34,668 nucleotides of DNA from Octopus bimaculoides (GCF_001194135.2 NC_068983.1:130548989-130583656); one strand, 5' to 3'; shown: positions 10,380 through 21,409, counted from the first letter of the stretch. The notes: a model not told the origin generated them from the letters alone. Translations and numbers: made by a program.

Positions 10380-11630
10380 AAAAGAAAAGGAAAATGAAGA
10401 AAAATATTTAAGCAGTTTAAGCAGTTTTCTGTAAATATGATGAAATTTTCTTGTAAGTTTATTTATTCCTCCAGTGCATGATGTTAATAACCAGCAAACA
10501 AATTTCTCCTCGTGAATTTTGAGTACTGAAAGTGTAACAGATTCAGAATATTTTCTGAGAATATGCACTTTCAATTCTTTTTCGAAATTGCAGCCGCCTG
10601 ATGCAAAATGTGCGGCAGGTTCTGTCGAAGTACTGCTAATTTGCCTAACGTCATATCTGTGTCCATTGAATCTTTTGCTTAATTGCTCTATTGTACAACC
10701 AGCATATATGAAGTTGTGCTTTGTGCATTCTGCTGCGCACACCTTCCGTGTAAATCATAACATTTCTGTTATGATTCCTGATAGAACTCACTTGACTCAT
10801 GTTGCTGCACAATGAACTGGGTTTACCTCCCTTGCGGCTGTTTTTCAAAGATACTCCATTGTTAGTTTGTTTGGTGTCAGAAGTAGAGGTTAATAGTTCA
10901 CTTATATTTTTATTCTGTCTAAAGACTACAATAGGCGGTTGAGGAAATATTTATTGGAAACGAGGATATTTTTCGAAATGTTCTGTTAATTGTTATGTAA
11001 TTCTTTTGAAATGGTAGCGAAAGGTATTCTCTCAGATATTTGCCAAAATTATGCGTGAATGTTTGACTTTCTTTGCTAATCTTATTTACGTCATTTGCTA
11101 TTTCCTTTAATCGTGATTCATTGTAACCGCGTTTGACACAGAGGTGTACAAAAGCATTCGCATGTTTCCAGCAATCTCCTATGTCAGTACAAATCTGTTT
11201 TATCCCAAAACATTGGGATTTCGGATTTGACTGAATTACATGATGTGGATTATCAGTGCAGCGGATGTGATATGACATGGACTTGCAAAATAACTCTGTC
11301 ATTATTCTGCATCCGGAAAACAACTTTTGTGTCCAAAAGTTCGACGCTAGTTTCTGAAAAAATTGACGTAAATTTTATGCTAAACTTAATGCAATAATTT
11401 TTAGCATAAAAGTTACAAAAATGAAAAATAAAACAAAACAATTAAACTATTCTGTGATCCTTCCCAGACAAAAAAGACGTCATCAAAGGACCGGAAACAG
11501 AATATTGTTTCATGACCATGTAAGGATTTAAATGTCTTCAATAACTGTGTCTCGAATGTTCTGATGAGGACATTAGCGAAATAAACTGACATGGAGGTAC
11601 CCATGGCGCAACCCTACGTCTGGGTCTAAA
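10380..11630 (-). pseudogene. Penelope-like retroelement, 5'-truncated: RT C-half, thumb, linker and GIY-YIG endonuclease, broken by stops and frameshifts
   Basis: QT*GCAMGTSMSVYFANVLIRTFE (RT motif B'), RSFDDVFFVW (DD at 11479-11484), SVELLD, thumb NPHHVIQSNPKSQ...IC...KRGYNE, and endonuclease ECTKHNFIYAGCTIEQLSKRFNGHR...AAHF...HEEKFVCWLLT...GGIN. Boundaries are approximate. Confidence 0.9.
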
Positions 11631-11905
11631 ACGTCTGTCCAAACTTCTTATATTACTTAAGAGCCTACAAATATGGAATACATTTTTCAAACGCATTCAT
11701 GCATGCTTCTACCCCTTTATCGTGGTCAATATTTGAATATAAAAAAGAAACGTCCATGGTTACCGAAAAAAAAAAATCAGTTTCCGACTTGGCTTCGGTG
11801 CTTACAAAAGTAGAAAATATGACATAAAACTAAGACAGAATCAAAGTAGTGTCGTTTAAAAAAATAAAACAGATACTAACAGTGAGCAGCATAGTAATCC
11901 TTTCG

Positions 11906-12175
11906 AGGGCGGTGAGCTGGTACAATNNNNNNNNNNNNNNNNNNNNNNNNNNNNNNNNNNNNNNNNNNNNNNNNNNNNNNNNNNNNNNNNNNNNNNNNNN
12001 NNNNNNNNNNNNNNNNNNNNNNNNNNNNNNNNNNNNNNNNNNNNNNNNNNNNNNNNNNNNNNGTAATCATTTCAGAGCCGATAAAATAAAAACAAGTGGA
12101 GCTTTGGGGTCGATGTAATCAATTTAAGTTCTCCCCAAATTGCTGGATTTGTGCTAAAATTTAAAACCAATATTA
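11906..12175 (+). mobile_element. SINE family B spanning an N gap
   Basis: Head AGGGCGGTGAGCTGG before the gap; GATAAAATAAA...GGGGTCGATGTAATC...AAATTGCTGG...AAAACCAATATTA after it. Confidence 0.75.
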
Positions 12176-12223
12176 GCAATTCATCACAGATGTAAACAGT
12201 CTTTACCAACAACGGACAAATTA

Positions 12224-12306
12224 GACCCCGGAGGAATTTGAACTTAAATAACGACGGGTCCTAATAATTTTACCCGGAGTGCTAACGATTCTGCCGGTTC
12301 GCTGCC

Positions 12307-12308
<2 letters not shown>
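12224..12308 (-). mobile_element. SINE family B, 5' head fragment
   Basis: Reverse complement AAGGCAGCGAACCGGCAGAATCGTTAGCACTCCGGG...AAGTTCAAATTCC. Confidence 0.75.
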
Positions 12309-12352
<44 letters not shown>

Positions 12353-12457
12353 TAATAATAACCCTTTCTGGTAAAAGCACATGTACACAAATTTAGGGTG
12401 AAAGTGATTAGTCGATTACATCGACCTTCGTGTTTCATTGGTACTTATTTTATCGAT
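12308..12457 (-). mobile_element. SINE family B, core plus 3' end with (TAT)n tail
   Basis: Reverse complement ATCGATAAAATAAGTACCAATGAAACACGAAGGTCGATGTAATCGACT...CAAATTT...AGAAAGGG then (TAT)n at 12308-12361. Confidence 0.75.
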
Positions 12458-13416
12458 ATTTAGGGATTTTCGAGACAGATGACATTCCACATTGAGAAAT
12501 AGACAGTCAAAATCAGCGATACATATGAAAAGAGAATGAAGATGGTGTTGAAATCCAACCTGAATGCCCAAACTTTGATTACCGCAATGAACATCTGGGC
12601 AGTTGCGGTGGTCAGATATAGTGCATCCATCCTCTAATGGACTAAGGAGGAAATATCAACACTGGATCGGAGGATGAAAATGTTGATGACGCTGCATGGG
12701 CCACTACACCATAAAGCAAACGTAAACAGACTGTATATGAAAAGAAAAATAGTGGCAGAGGACTAATTAGTATAGACCATTGTATAAGGAGTGAAAGGAG
12801 AACGCTTGCCGAATATTAAATAAACAGTGACGAAGACCTGCTGCAATATGCCTCGAAATATATGCGTGTAAATGAAGATGTAATGATGGGCATGAAAAAG
12901 TTTAACCAAAGAGTTGAGGAGAAGAGTATTGAAGACCTTCAAATGAGAATGCGTGGAGAGTTTGAAAGTAATACACAGGACGTTAATGATAATACAGCAT
13001 CGTGGGCACGGCTTGAGTGAGGTGATTTGAAGTGTACCACCGAAAGCCTGATCATTGCTGCACTAGACCAGGCTCTCGCTACCAATTCAGTGAAGTATGA
13101 TATCTATAAAACTTCTGACACCCAGAAATGCAGACTCTATGGAAAGAGTGGGGAAAGAGAGACAAACATTGTCAGATCATTGATGTAGCCATACCAAATG
13201 ACATGAATATTCTGAGTAAAGAGGTTGAAAAACTCACCAAGTACTTCAATCACATTGTAAGTGGAAATGGCAACAGTGTGGAATGCGGTACAGTAATGTA
13301 AAAGTGATACCAATGGTGATCTGAGCGTTGACCTCAGTCCCATTGAAACTTCAAGACTTGTGAAGAAATCTGGAAATCCCAAACAAGATTGATTTCTTGC
13401 AAAAAAGTAGTCTTAT
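12457..13416 (+). pseudogene. R4/Dong-clade non-LTR retrotransposon relic: RT motif 7, thumb, truncated CCHC and RLE domain
   Basis: YLGIFETDD (from 12457), KSNLNAQTLITAMNIWAVAVVRYSASIL*WTKEEISTLDRRMKMLMTLHGPLHHKANVNRLY, GRGLISI, GDLKCTTESLIIAALDQAL (from 13021), CRLY (13129-13140), an internal deletion, IIDVAIPND (13176-13202), VKVIPMVI*ALTSVP...LQKSSL, then an N gap. Confidence 0.9.
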
Positions 13417-14025
13417 NNNNNNNNNNNNNNNNNNNNNNNNNNNNNNNNNNNNNNNNNNNNNNNNNNNNNNNNNNNNNNNNNNNNNNNNNNNNNNNNNNNN
13501 NNNNNNNNNNNNNNNNNNNNNNNNNNNNNNNNNNNNNNNNNNNNNNNNNNNNNNNNNNNNNNNNNNNNNNNNNNNNNNNNNNNNNNNNNNNNNNNNNNNN
13601 NNNNNNNNNNNNNNNNNNNNNNNNNNNNNNNNNNNNNNNNNNNNNNNNNNNNNNNNNNNNNNNNNNNNNNNNNNNNNNNNNNNNNNNNNNNNNNNNNNNN
13701 NNNNNNNNNNNNNNNNNNNNNNNNNNNNNNNNNNNNNNNNNNNNNNNNNNNNNNNNNNNNNNNNNNNNNNNNNNNNNNNNNNNNNNNNNNNNNNNNNNNN
13801 NNNNNNNNNNNNNNNNNNNNNNNNNNNNNNNNNNNNNNNNNNNNNNNNNNNNNNNNNNNNNNNNNNNNNNNNNNNNNNNNNNNNNNNNNNNNNNNNNNNN
13901 NNNNNNNNNNNNNNNNNNNNNNNNNNNNNNNNNNNNNNNNNNNNNNNNNNNNNNNNNNNNNNNNNNNNNNNNNNNNNNNNNNNNNNNNNNNNNNNNNNNN
14001 NNNNNNNNNNNNNNNNNNNNNNNNN

Positions 14026-14026
<1 letters not shown>

Positions 14027-14114
<88 letters not shown>

Positions 14115-14132
14115 TGATAAGAAGAAGAAGAA
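14027..14132. repeat. (AAT)n microsatellite grading into (GAT)/(AAG)
   Basis: Directly visible immediately after the gap. Confidence 0.97.
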
Positions 14133-14169
14133 ATTTCTATTTAGGAAATAGCCTGTCAGTTTGGACGAG

Positions 14170-14742
14170 AGGATGTTAGCCGATACCACCGACTTAAATA
14201 CTTGTCTAGTATTATATTTTAACGCTCTTAATGGAAAGTTTACCTCGGTACGACGCTGAGTCAGAACGTAAACACTTGCATGGATTGTTTGTCGATTGTC
14301 CAATTTTCGGCGCTCGAACGACTCCGCTGACTCGCATCGTCAGAGAAATTGTTTCTAACTTAAATGCAATAACAGTAATTTTGAGAGGCAGGTACAACTC
14401 ATTTTAACTGACTCTATCATGTCGAAAAGATGGTTAAATCGATCATGATGCGTTTTGAACAGAGAAAAAAAAGCGCTCTTTTCAATAAAAAGACATTTCC
14501 TCAGATGCATCAGCAATTCTGTCATTTAGCTGCATATTTTTTGTAGAATAGGCACAGTGCTTGATATTTAGGGCAATGCGTTAGTCGTTATCATCGTCAC
14601 AAGTACTCCCAGTAGCGTAGTTAAGAGACCGCGAGGTGATGAAATAAGCATTTGATCTCGGGAGATTGCAACTTAAAATTTAAAAGCCCGGAACAAAAGT
14701 TATTTTCTATTACGGGCTAATGATTCTGCCAGGGATCACCAG
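14170..14742 (-). mobile_element. Cluster of three highly diverged, same-orientation family B SINEs (~14170-14342, ~14385-14535, ~14575-14742)
   Basis: Three head-like segments on the reverse strand (GCGAGTCAGCGGAGTCGTTCG; GCAGCTAAATGACAGAATTGC; GGTGATCCCTGGCAGAATCATTAG), each followed by degenerate core sequence. Confidence 0.5.
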
Positions 14743-15509
14743 GCTGTTGATTGAAATAATGAAAGTTAGTCGTCAAATAATCGTGAAATAACAGTTTAAC
14801 TCCTTATAAAATGCACAACGCAACTGCTGATCCTGCAAGAGAAAAATTAACGATCGAATGTGGTTATGCATGGAAGGATTTCTAACGTAGATCTGCTGAG
14901 GACTGACCTGGACCTCAACAACACCAACAAAATGAAGACGATGATGGTATAGTGGCTTCCATGGTATTAGTATAGATTATTGCAGTACTGGTATCTATAA
15001 TGTTAAAGCTTAGCAAAAATAAACACAAATATCAATAGGAACTACACAACATTTATCAGAAAATACGATTATTCCTATTTTTATAGAAAGCTACAATTAA
15101 CATCAATAACAATGGGAATGGTGAATTCGATTTAATGGATAATATTGTACTTGCCTTTTGTCGATCCAATGCTGACTAAATGCTTCAGCATACTATTATT
15201 GTCTATCCATATCGATTATACGTTCAACAGTCACAATTCGACAGATAATTCTTTGGAGTGTCGATTGGCACTTATAACCCCATTATTTCGTTGATAGAAA
15301 CATTGTCAGCACAGAAAGAAGAAAAAGGTCAAGAATATTGCAATAGAATGAGAACTGAAATATACAGAGACAAATCTAAAATCGGAAGCAATTTTAATGG
15401 GTGACCAACTGAATGTACTGTAGATTAGATACGTATTACACTAGAAATATTATTAATCGTGATATTAATGATATTTGTTCAAAACGACCAATCTCAGACT
15501 TTTCAGGTG

Positions 15510-15952
15510 AGTGAGCATGTCGATTACTTTCACAAAAGTATTTAATGGTAACTTTTTTATCACCTACGAAAGGCTAAAATGTAGAGGCAACCTCTACAAA
15601 TATTGAACACAAAACTAAAACACTGGAAAAATACACCCCGCTAAAAGGTTGCGCAGGTTCTTAGCAATTCAGCCACCACACCGCTTAATTAATTAGTAGA
15701 GTTGATTGTGAGTTTAGTATTGCTTAGACAATCGACATTAATAGCTCTTTGCAATTTTTGCACGTGGCTAGGAATTTTGAGAGCAGAAGCAAATGGAATG
15801 CATCAACTCCGATATATTACTAGTATTTATGTTATCGACTATGAATATACGAAAAGGGAATTTGACCCTAACAGAGTTTGAATTCAGAATGATATGAGCT
15901 AGAAAAAATGCTGCTTTGCATTTTGTCCGACGCAATAATGAGTCTTCCACAT
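15510..15952 (-). mobile_element. Two diverged family B SINEs (~15510-15690, ~15790-15952)
   Basis: Reverse-strand heads AAGCGGTGTGGTGGCTGAATTGCTAAG and AAGCAGTGATGTGG...CGTCGGACAAAATGC, with degenerate B box and core. Confidence 0.5.
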
Positions 15953-15991
15953 CACTGCTTAATCAACAATATTTGAAGCATTGAACTTTAA

Positions 15992-16210
15992 GATGACGAA
16001 CTGGCCGAATCGTTACCGCGCCGAGGAGATTTCTCAGCTACATTTCTTGCTAATGTACGTTTTGAGTTCAAATTCCGCTGGTCTCCACTTTGCATTTCAA
16101 CTTTTGGCATCGATAAAATAAGTGCAAGTTGAACATTGGATCGATGTAATCGACTTTTCACCGCCTCCTAAATCGCTGGCGTTCTGCCAAAATTTGAAAT
16201 CGATAATATT
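15992..16210 (+). mobile_element. SINE family B, full length
   Basis: GACGAACTGGCCGAATCGTTACCGCGCCG head, GAGTTCAAATTCCG B box, GATAAAATAAGT core, GATGTAATCGACTT, tail GCCAAAATTTGAAA. Confidence 0.85.
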
Positions 16211-17040
16211 TGTCTTTATAACATATGAATAATTCCTTATATCTAAAAGAAGCGGTGGAAATGATTGAATAACGTGCAAGGAATAAAATAATTTTATCAA
16301 AATTATTTTGTTAGGAAATCAATGCAATTTCTGGTTTCTCATGATATGCGTATTGTCAAATATTCCATCAATGATTATAGCATATTCGATTTTATTGTTT
16401 TCTCTATTTAATACCAGGTTTTCAATTTTCAGTTCCTTTTTGTTTTGTTTGTCAAGAGCATTGGTAAATTCTGTGGTTTTCTTACATAGAAATAAATGAA
16501 CTTTAGAAATGTTTTAGTTGTTGAAAGATAATGATATTTGTAACAATAAATGTGCATATGGGAAAGGTGTCGATAAAGAACTTCCGTTAGTGACAAAGTG
16601 AAACTACATTTAATGAACTAAATTTAATGATGATGGGTGTAGCTTTATGTACTAAAATTCGTATAGTGAATAGAGACACTAGTGAAACGGAAAGAGAAAA
16701 AAGAAGGAATTATGCACGTAGATATAATTGTGGACATTTCAGACATGCATTATCTATTAAACTGGTTTAAGCTGCTTTGACAATTATACCGACTCGATAT
16801 ATAAAAACATTTACATTATTCTAAATAATTTTAAAGTATTTCCATTGAGGAAGTTAGCAGGTTTGCTATATTCGTTCATGTTCTTTGCAAATAAATTTAA
16901 CAAAATAATATCTCTATATGCTGAGAAAACAGTTGCAGTTTTCTTTGATTTTCTTAGTGCAAATATGATTTAATATTATATTCTAAAGGCAAATACTGAG
17001 ATATATTTGTTAATTTTTGTAGAAAAATTTTGAATGCAAA

Positions 17041-17096
17041 CATACATGCGTAGATACATACATGCGTAGATACATACATGCGTAGATACATACATG
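17041..17096. repeat. Perfect 16-bp minisatellite (CATACATGCGTAGATA) x3.5
   Basis: Units start at 17041, 17057, 17073 and (partial) 17089. Confidence 0.95.
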
Positions 17097-17663
17097 TGTG
17101 TGTCTATGTGTGCGTGTGTTTCTGTGTGTGCGCGCGCGCGTACACCTGCGTAACTTTTGATAATTTTACATGACATCACATAAGCATTGTCCTCAAATGC
17201 GGTACGTTTTCAAGTGCTGTATTCAGACTTTTGTAAATAGTATGTTGCTGATTATACTATTCTGGTGTTAGTTTCAAATATAGTTTAAACTATTTAAAGT
17301 TTACAAATGATAATGAATTAAAATCATGAAATTGAATTGAAATCACTCATGAAATTATACTGCCGGGAATGTTGTACTCAGTGCTATAGAAGATTTGGAG
17401 GAGAGACACATATTGCAAGAAATAAATTTTCATTACATTCGTGATGTGATATAAGATTGCTATTAAATATTTCCATCTAGAACAATACATAAAATTACCT
17501 TCTGAATGCCGTAAAATATGAAATGTAATTAGTGAGAGAACGTCTGACAGACAAAATCATGTACCTTGCATATAAAAACAGAGAAGGATAAATGACAACT
17601 GCTTATTCAAAGTCTTCGAGGAACTGATGATTGTCGATTTGCATTTTGAAATCCTCTCTTCAG

Positions 17664-17672
17664 GGTGAAGCC
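17664..17672 (+). other. Candidate 9-nt microexon GGTGAAGCC (Gly-Glu-Ala if phase 0)
   Basis: Acceptor ATCCTCTCTTCAG immediately upstream, donor GTGAGT (17673-17678) immediately downstream, branch-like CTGAT at ~17624, and a TGC motif about 20 nt upstream of the acceptor. No transcript evidence. Confidence 0.25.
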
Positions 17673-17907
17673 GTGAGTATGGCTTATTTTCATGAAGACA
17701 AACAGTTACCCACATGTAATAATCTCCATTTCGCACGCCACCGATAGTGTCCAATAGAAAAACACGGCCGATAGAAATTCGCAACAATGTAGTAGTTGAC
17801 GTTCGCGCCAGACTGCAAACACCCGGAAGAAATACAGAACATTTACTTCTGCTTGTGCAGACTGTAATACTCTACTGTAACGACTCAGACAATCATACAT
17901 ACATACA

Positions 17908-18251
17908 TTGTTGTTGGCACTCCGTCGCTTACGACGTTGAGGGTTCCAGTTGATCCGATCAACGAAACAGCCTGCTCGTGAAATTAACGTGCAAGTGGCT
18001 GAGCACTCCACAGACACGTGTACCTTTAACGTAGTTCTCGGGGATATTCAGCGTGACACAGTGTGACAAGGCTGACCCTTTGAATTACAGGCACAACAGG
18101 AACAGGAAGTAAGAGTGAGAGAAAGTTGTGGTGGAAGAGTACAGCAGGGTTCGCCACCATCTCCTGCCGGAGCCTCGTGGAGCTTTAGGTGTTTTCGCTT
18201 AATAAACACTCACAACGCCCGGTCTGGGAATCGAAACCGCGATCCTATGAC
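17908..18251 (-). mobile_element. SINE family A with an alternative 3' tail; 5' end lost in the N gap
   Basis: Reverse complement has GGTTTCGATTCCC (B box) and a body matching 5-315. The 3' ~75 nt differ from the first copy and end in (AAC) then (ATGT)n. Confidence 0.9.
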
Positions 18252-18290
18252 NNNNNNNNNNNNNNNNNNNNNNNNNNNNNNNNNNNNNNN

Positions 18291-18356
<66 letters not shown>
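18291..18356. repeat. (AC)n microsatellite
   Basis: Directly visible. Confidence 0.97.
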
Positions 18357-18358
<2 letters not shown>

Positions 18359-19559
18359 GTCTGTATGAGTTAGAGGTTAAGCAACCGTGTACAGGATAAT
18401 AAATACCCCAATATACTACTGTATGTATACCTATGCATTTATATCCATATGCTTACTATTGCAAGGCAATATCGCAATTGAATACTAGGTTTGAGTGGGG
18501 GTAAAACATAAATTTACCTAGAATGTATAAAGCAACTAAGAAAATTAAGAGAATAATCGTGCAACAAACATCAGCCTGTAAACATTCATTTATATCTATT
18601 TATCATATGTATAAGTGATCAAAAGAAACAAATGAAATAAGCAAATAAACAAGTAAATCAGCAGATAAATAAAAGTGATTAAATGAATAAGAATAAATGA
18701 GTAAACAAATACTAAACTCTTGCAGCTGTTTATACTATGAGGTTACCCAATCTGCAAAGTTTTCCACATCACGCCAGTAATATACATGGATTGTACAAAG
18801 GTTGAACAAACATTAGACAGGGGTTGGACAATGATTGAGCCCCAAAGCTTCATCAGAGAGACCATAAAGTTAAGACTATAATATGTGAGGAAGTAAGGTA
18901 AAGTAATATAAAATAAAATTATAATATAATAGAAAATATAAGAAATGTTGAAAACGTCAATTCCAAGGTGATATCCATAAGCCATGGAATTATATCTTAT
19001 GGTACGGAAATCACTTCCAGGAGTAAATTCCACAGGTTTTGGGAGTTACATCGAATTTCAATTTTACTCGGGGAAATAGCGAGAGTAAGACGTTGCGGAG
19101 TGAGTTTAATGGGATGGTCCATATCACAGGGGTCAAAAGTTAGAGTCTGACTGTTATTTAATAGAGTATCATAAAAAGAATTAACAAACTTAATTTAATG
19201 CGAACTTGTTTCGGGAAATCATACGTAAATATATTAATGAAAGAATAGTTGGGGGTAAATCCCTAGTGCGATGTTATTACTTGTTACTTATTAACAAAAA
19301 CCTCATCATAATACTACTATGAAGATTAGGGTAAGGCCCAAGTTAATCCTACAACATAATTGGTCCGCTTATATTCGAAAACAATGGCGTTGTTCAGGTT
19401 CGTTAAATTTATCAATAAAATACAAGACAAGTAAAAACAAAAAAATAAATGTATTTAAGGAATGAATTGTCTAAGGGGCTTTATTTAATCAATGGGCATG
19501 AATAGTACTTACGGTTATGGATGTAGCATTTTTATGAATATAACTGAGATATATATCAA

Positions 19560-20125
19560 ATTTATCAGTAATTATCTGAACGAGAAAAATAAATGTTGAA
19601 GCAATTAGTGGAAAAATGAACACTGCTGGACTCTAGCGGAGGAAGGTAGCCGATTATTACATTATCGTATTAGAATGTAGAGAGAAATTATGCACTAAAG
19701 TAAGATTAGGAATGTTATTCCGTTATGGGTAGATCTAAGTTATAATTGCAAATTTACAAGTAATTGTCCGGAATATAAGAGCAAAGGTGAAAGTGAACGA
19801 ATGAAACTATTTTCAGGTTTATAGACTACAATTGAAGGGGGATAACTGTGCATTGCGCTTCAATGTTGGGGTACAGAGATATTTAGGCACTTCAATAAGG
19901 TTAAGATTATTTTCAATTATAGAGAGAAACAGAAGGTAGTCATGTTAGGATAGAGGTAGAGCTTAGAGAAGTTAATGAACCTTATGTGGCATTATAATTG
20001 TATAAGGTTATAGGATTAATTACAATTACAATGGGAGCTATTCTGGCTAATGTGGAGATAAGAGGGATAGAAATATAGGGTATATTGTCATAAGATTATT
20101 TGAATACACCTAGAATTCTTAAAGA
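19560..20125 (-). pseudogene. Probable very degraded L1/Tx1-like LINE ORF2 C-terminus
   Basis: SLRILGVF (ILGV at 20105-20116), FSKLY after a frameshift, and NNRLPSSARVQQCSFFH*LLQHLFFS (HLFF at 19584-19595), resembling the zf-RVT pattern HxRLP...CxFC...HLFFxC. Strong G>C skew on +. Motif spacing is shorter than I would expect. Confidence 0.4.
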
Positions 20126-20881
20126 ATGAGTGCTTAAAAGTAAATGCTTAGAAATATATGGAGTAATTTCCCAAAGAAAAACTCGTGTAATTAAATATAT
20201 ATNNNNNNNNNNNNNNNNNNNNNNNNNNNNNNNNNNNNNNNNNNNNNNNNNNNNNNNNNNNNNNNNNNNNNNNNNNNNNNNNNNNNNNNNNNNNNNNNNN
20301 NNNNNNNNNNNNNNNNNNNNNNNNNNNNNNNNNNNNNNNATATATATATATATATATATACCAGTTACATGTATATGTATTTATACAGAAGATAGTATAT
20401 AGGGTATATAGAGATTGTTGTCTTACACATATGTTAGAAAACGACGTCAATCAATATATAGTGCTCAGATTAGGAAATAAATGATGTTATTATCAAAGGA
20501 GACACTAGCACTAATAACAATTAATATTAATGATATTTAAGGAAAGTGCGTTTAACTTTATGAAGGCTGAACCGATTTCTTTCATTTTTTGTGTTAAGTA
20601 GAGGAAAATTGGTCCTTTAATATAGATAGGATTTCACTTGTACACAACTAACGTTTCTTATTCTTTAAATCATACTCAGGTGCTGAGGCTAAAATTGTCT
20701 AATTGAGGTTAGAACTAATACCCTTATCTTCAAGGTCACATATATAATTACTTCATATTTGCCTTATACATATAAAACAATTTGTGTACTTGGTTTTAAA
20801 CAAGTGAAGGCGCAGGAGAGAGCATTGATATTGGTTTGTAAAATCATTGATATTGTGTACGATTATAGATTGTATCTACAA

Positions 20882-20985
20882 TTGTGGCTGAATATTTACG
20901 GCATCTAGACTAAATGTCTTAGGGTATTCTTTGCGATTTATTACTTTCTAACTTAAAACTCTGCCGAAGTTAACATTTTTGTTCG
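20882..20985 (+). mobile_element. Highly diverged family B SINE head
   Basis: GTGGCTGAAT...GGCATCTAGACTAAATG...CTGCCGAAGTTAAC, a degenerate match to the family B 5' half. Confidence 0.35.
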
Positions 20986-21103
20986 GTTACTTGTCCGTTT
21001 CGTCATGTAATAGTATAATGTAGTATACTTCAGGCTAGATAAAGTAATTCATACTCATGTAGTAGTACGTAACAGTTAAATTCATTAATATTATCTTTCA
21101 GTA

Positions 21104-21322
21104 CGGAGCCGAACTAGTAGATTCGTTACCACACCCGACAAATATTTAAAGGCATTTCGTCCGTCTCTTACGTTCTGAGTTGACATGTCACCAGGGTAGA
21201 TTTAATTTTCCTCCTTTTGGAGCATATGTAATATGTACGCATTGAGTACTGGGGTTGATGTAATTGACTTACCCCATTACTCGGAATTGCTGGTCATGTG
21301 CCAAAATTTGAAACCAATATTA
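21104..21322 (+). mobile_element. SINE family B, full length, diverged
   Basis: GGCATTTCGTCCGTCTCTTACGTTCTGAG...GAGTACTGGGGTTGATGTAATTGACTTACCCC...AATTGCTGGTCATGTGCCAAAATTTGAAACCAATATT. Confidence 0.8.
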
Positions 21323-21405
21323 TCTTTCTGCAGCATCCTATAAATCTACTTCATAAAATGTCCTCTTGCACTCACACACTTTTCTCAGAAGCATGCGGGC
21401 ATTTC

Positions 21406-21409
<4 letters not shown>

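Noticed and set aside
11561-11590. Hammerhead-like CTGATGAG...CGAAA inside the Penelope-like element
   Set aside because: It is the antisense of RT coding sequence (FANVLIRT) and stems II and III cannot form
13389-14303. Three longest ORFs in the track (213-296 aa)
   Set aside because: Almost entirely N-gap (X) plus (AAT)n translation
18825-18860. Minus-strand CTGATGA-AGC...GCT hammerhead-like core
   Set aside because: Followed by CAAT rather than GAAA, with no stem III or cleavage triplet
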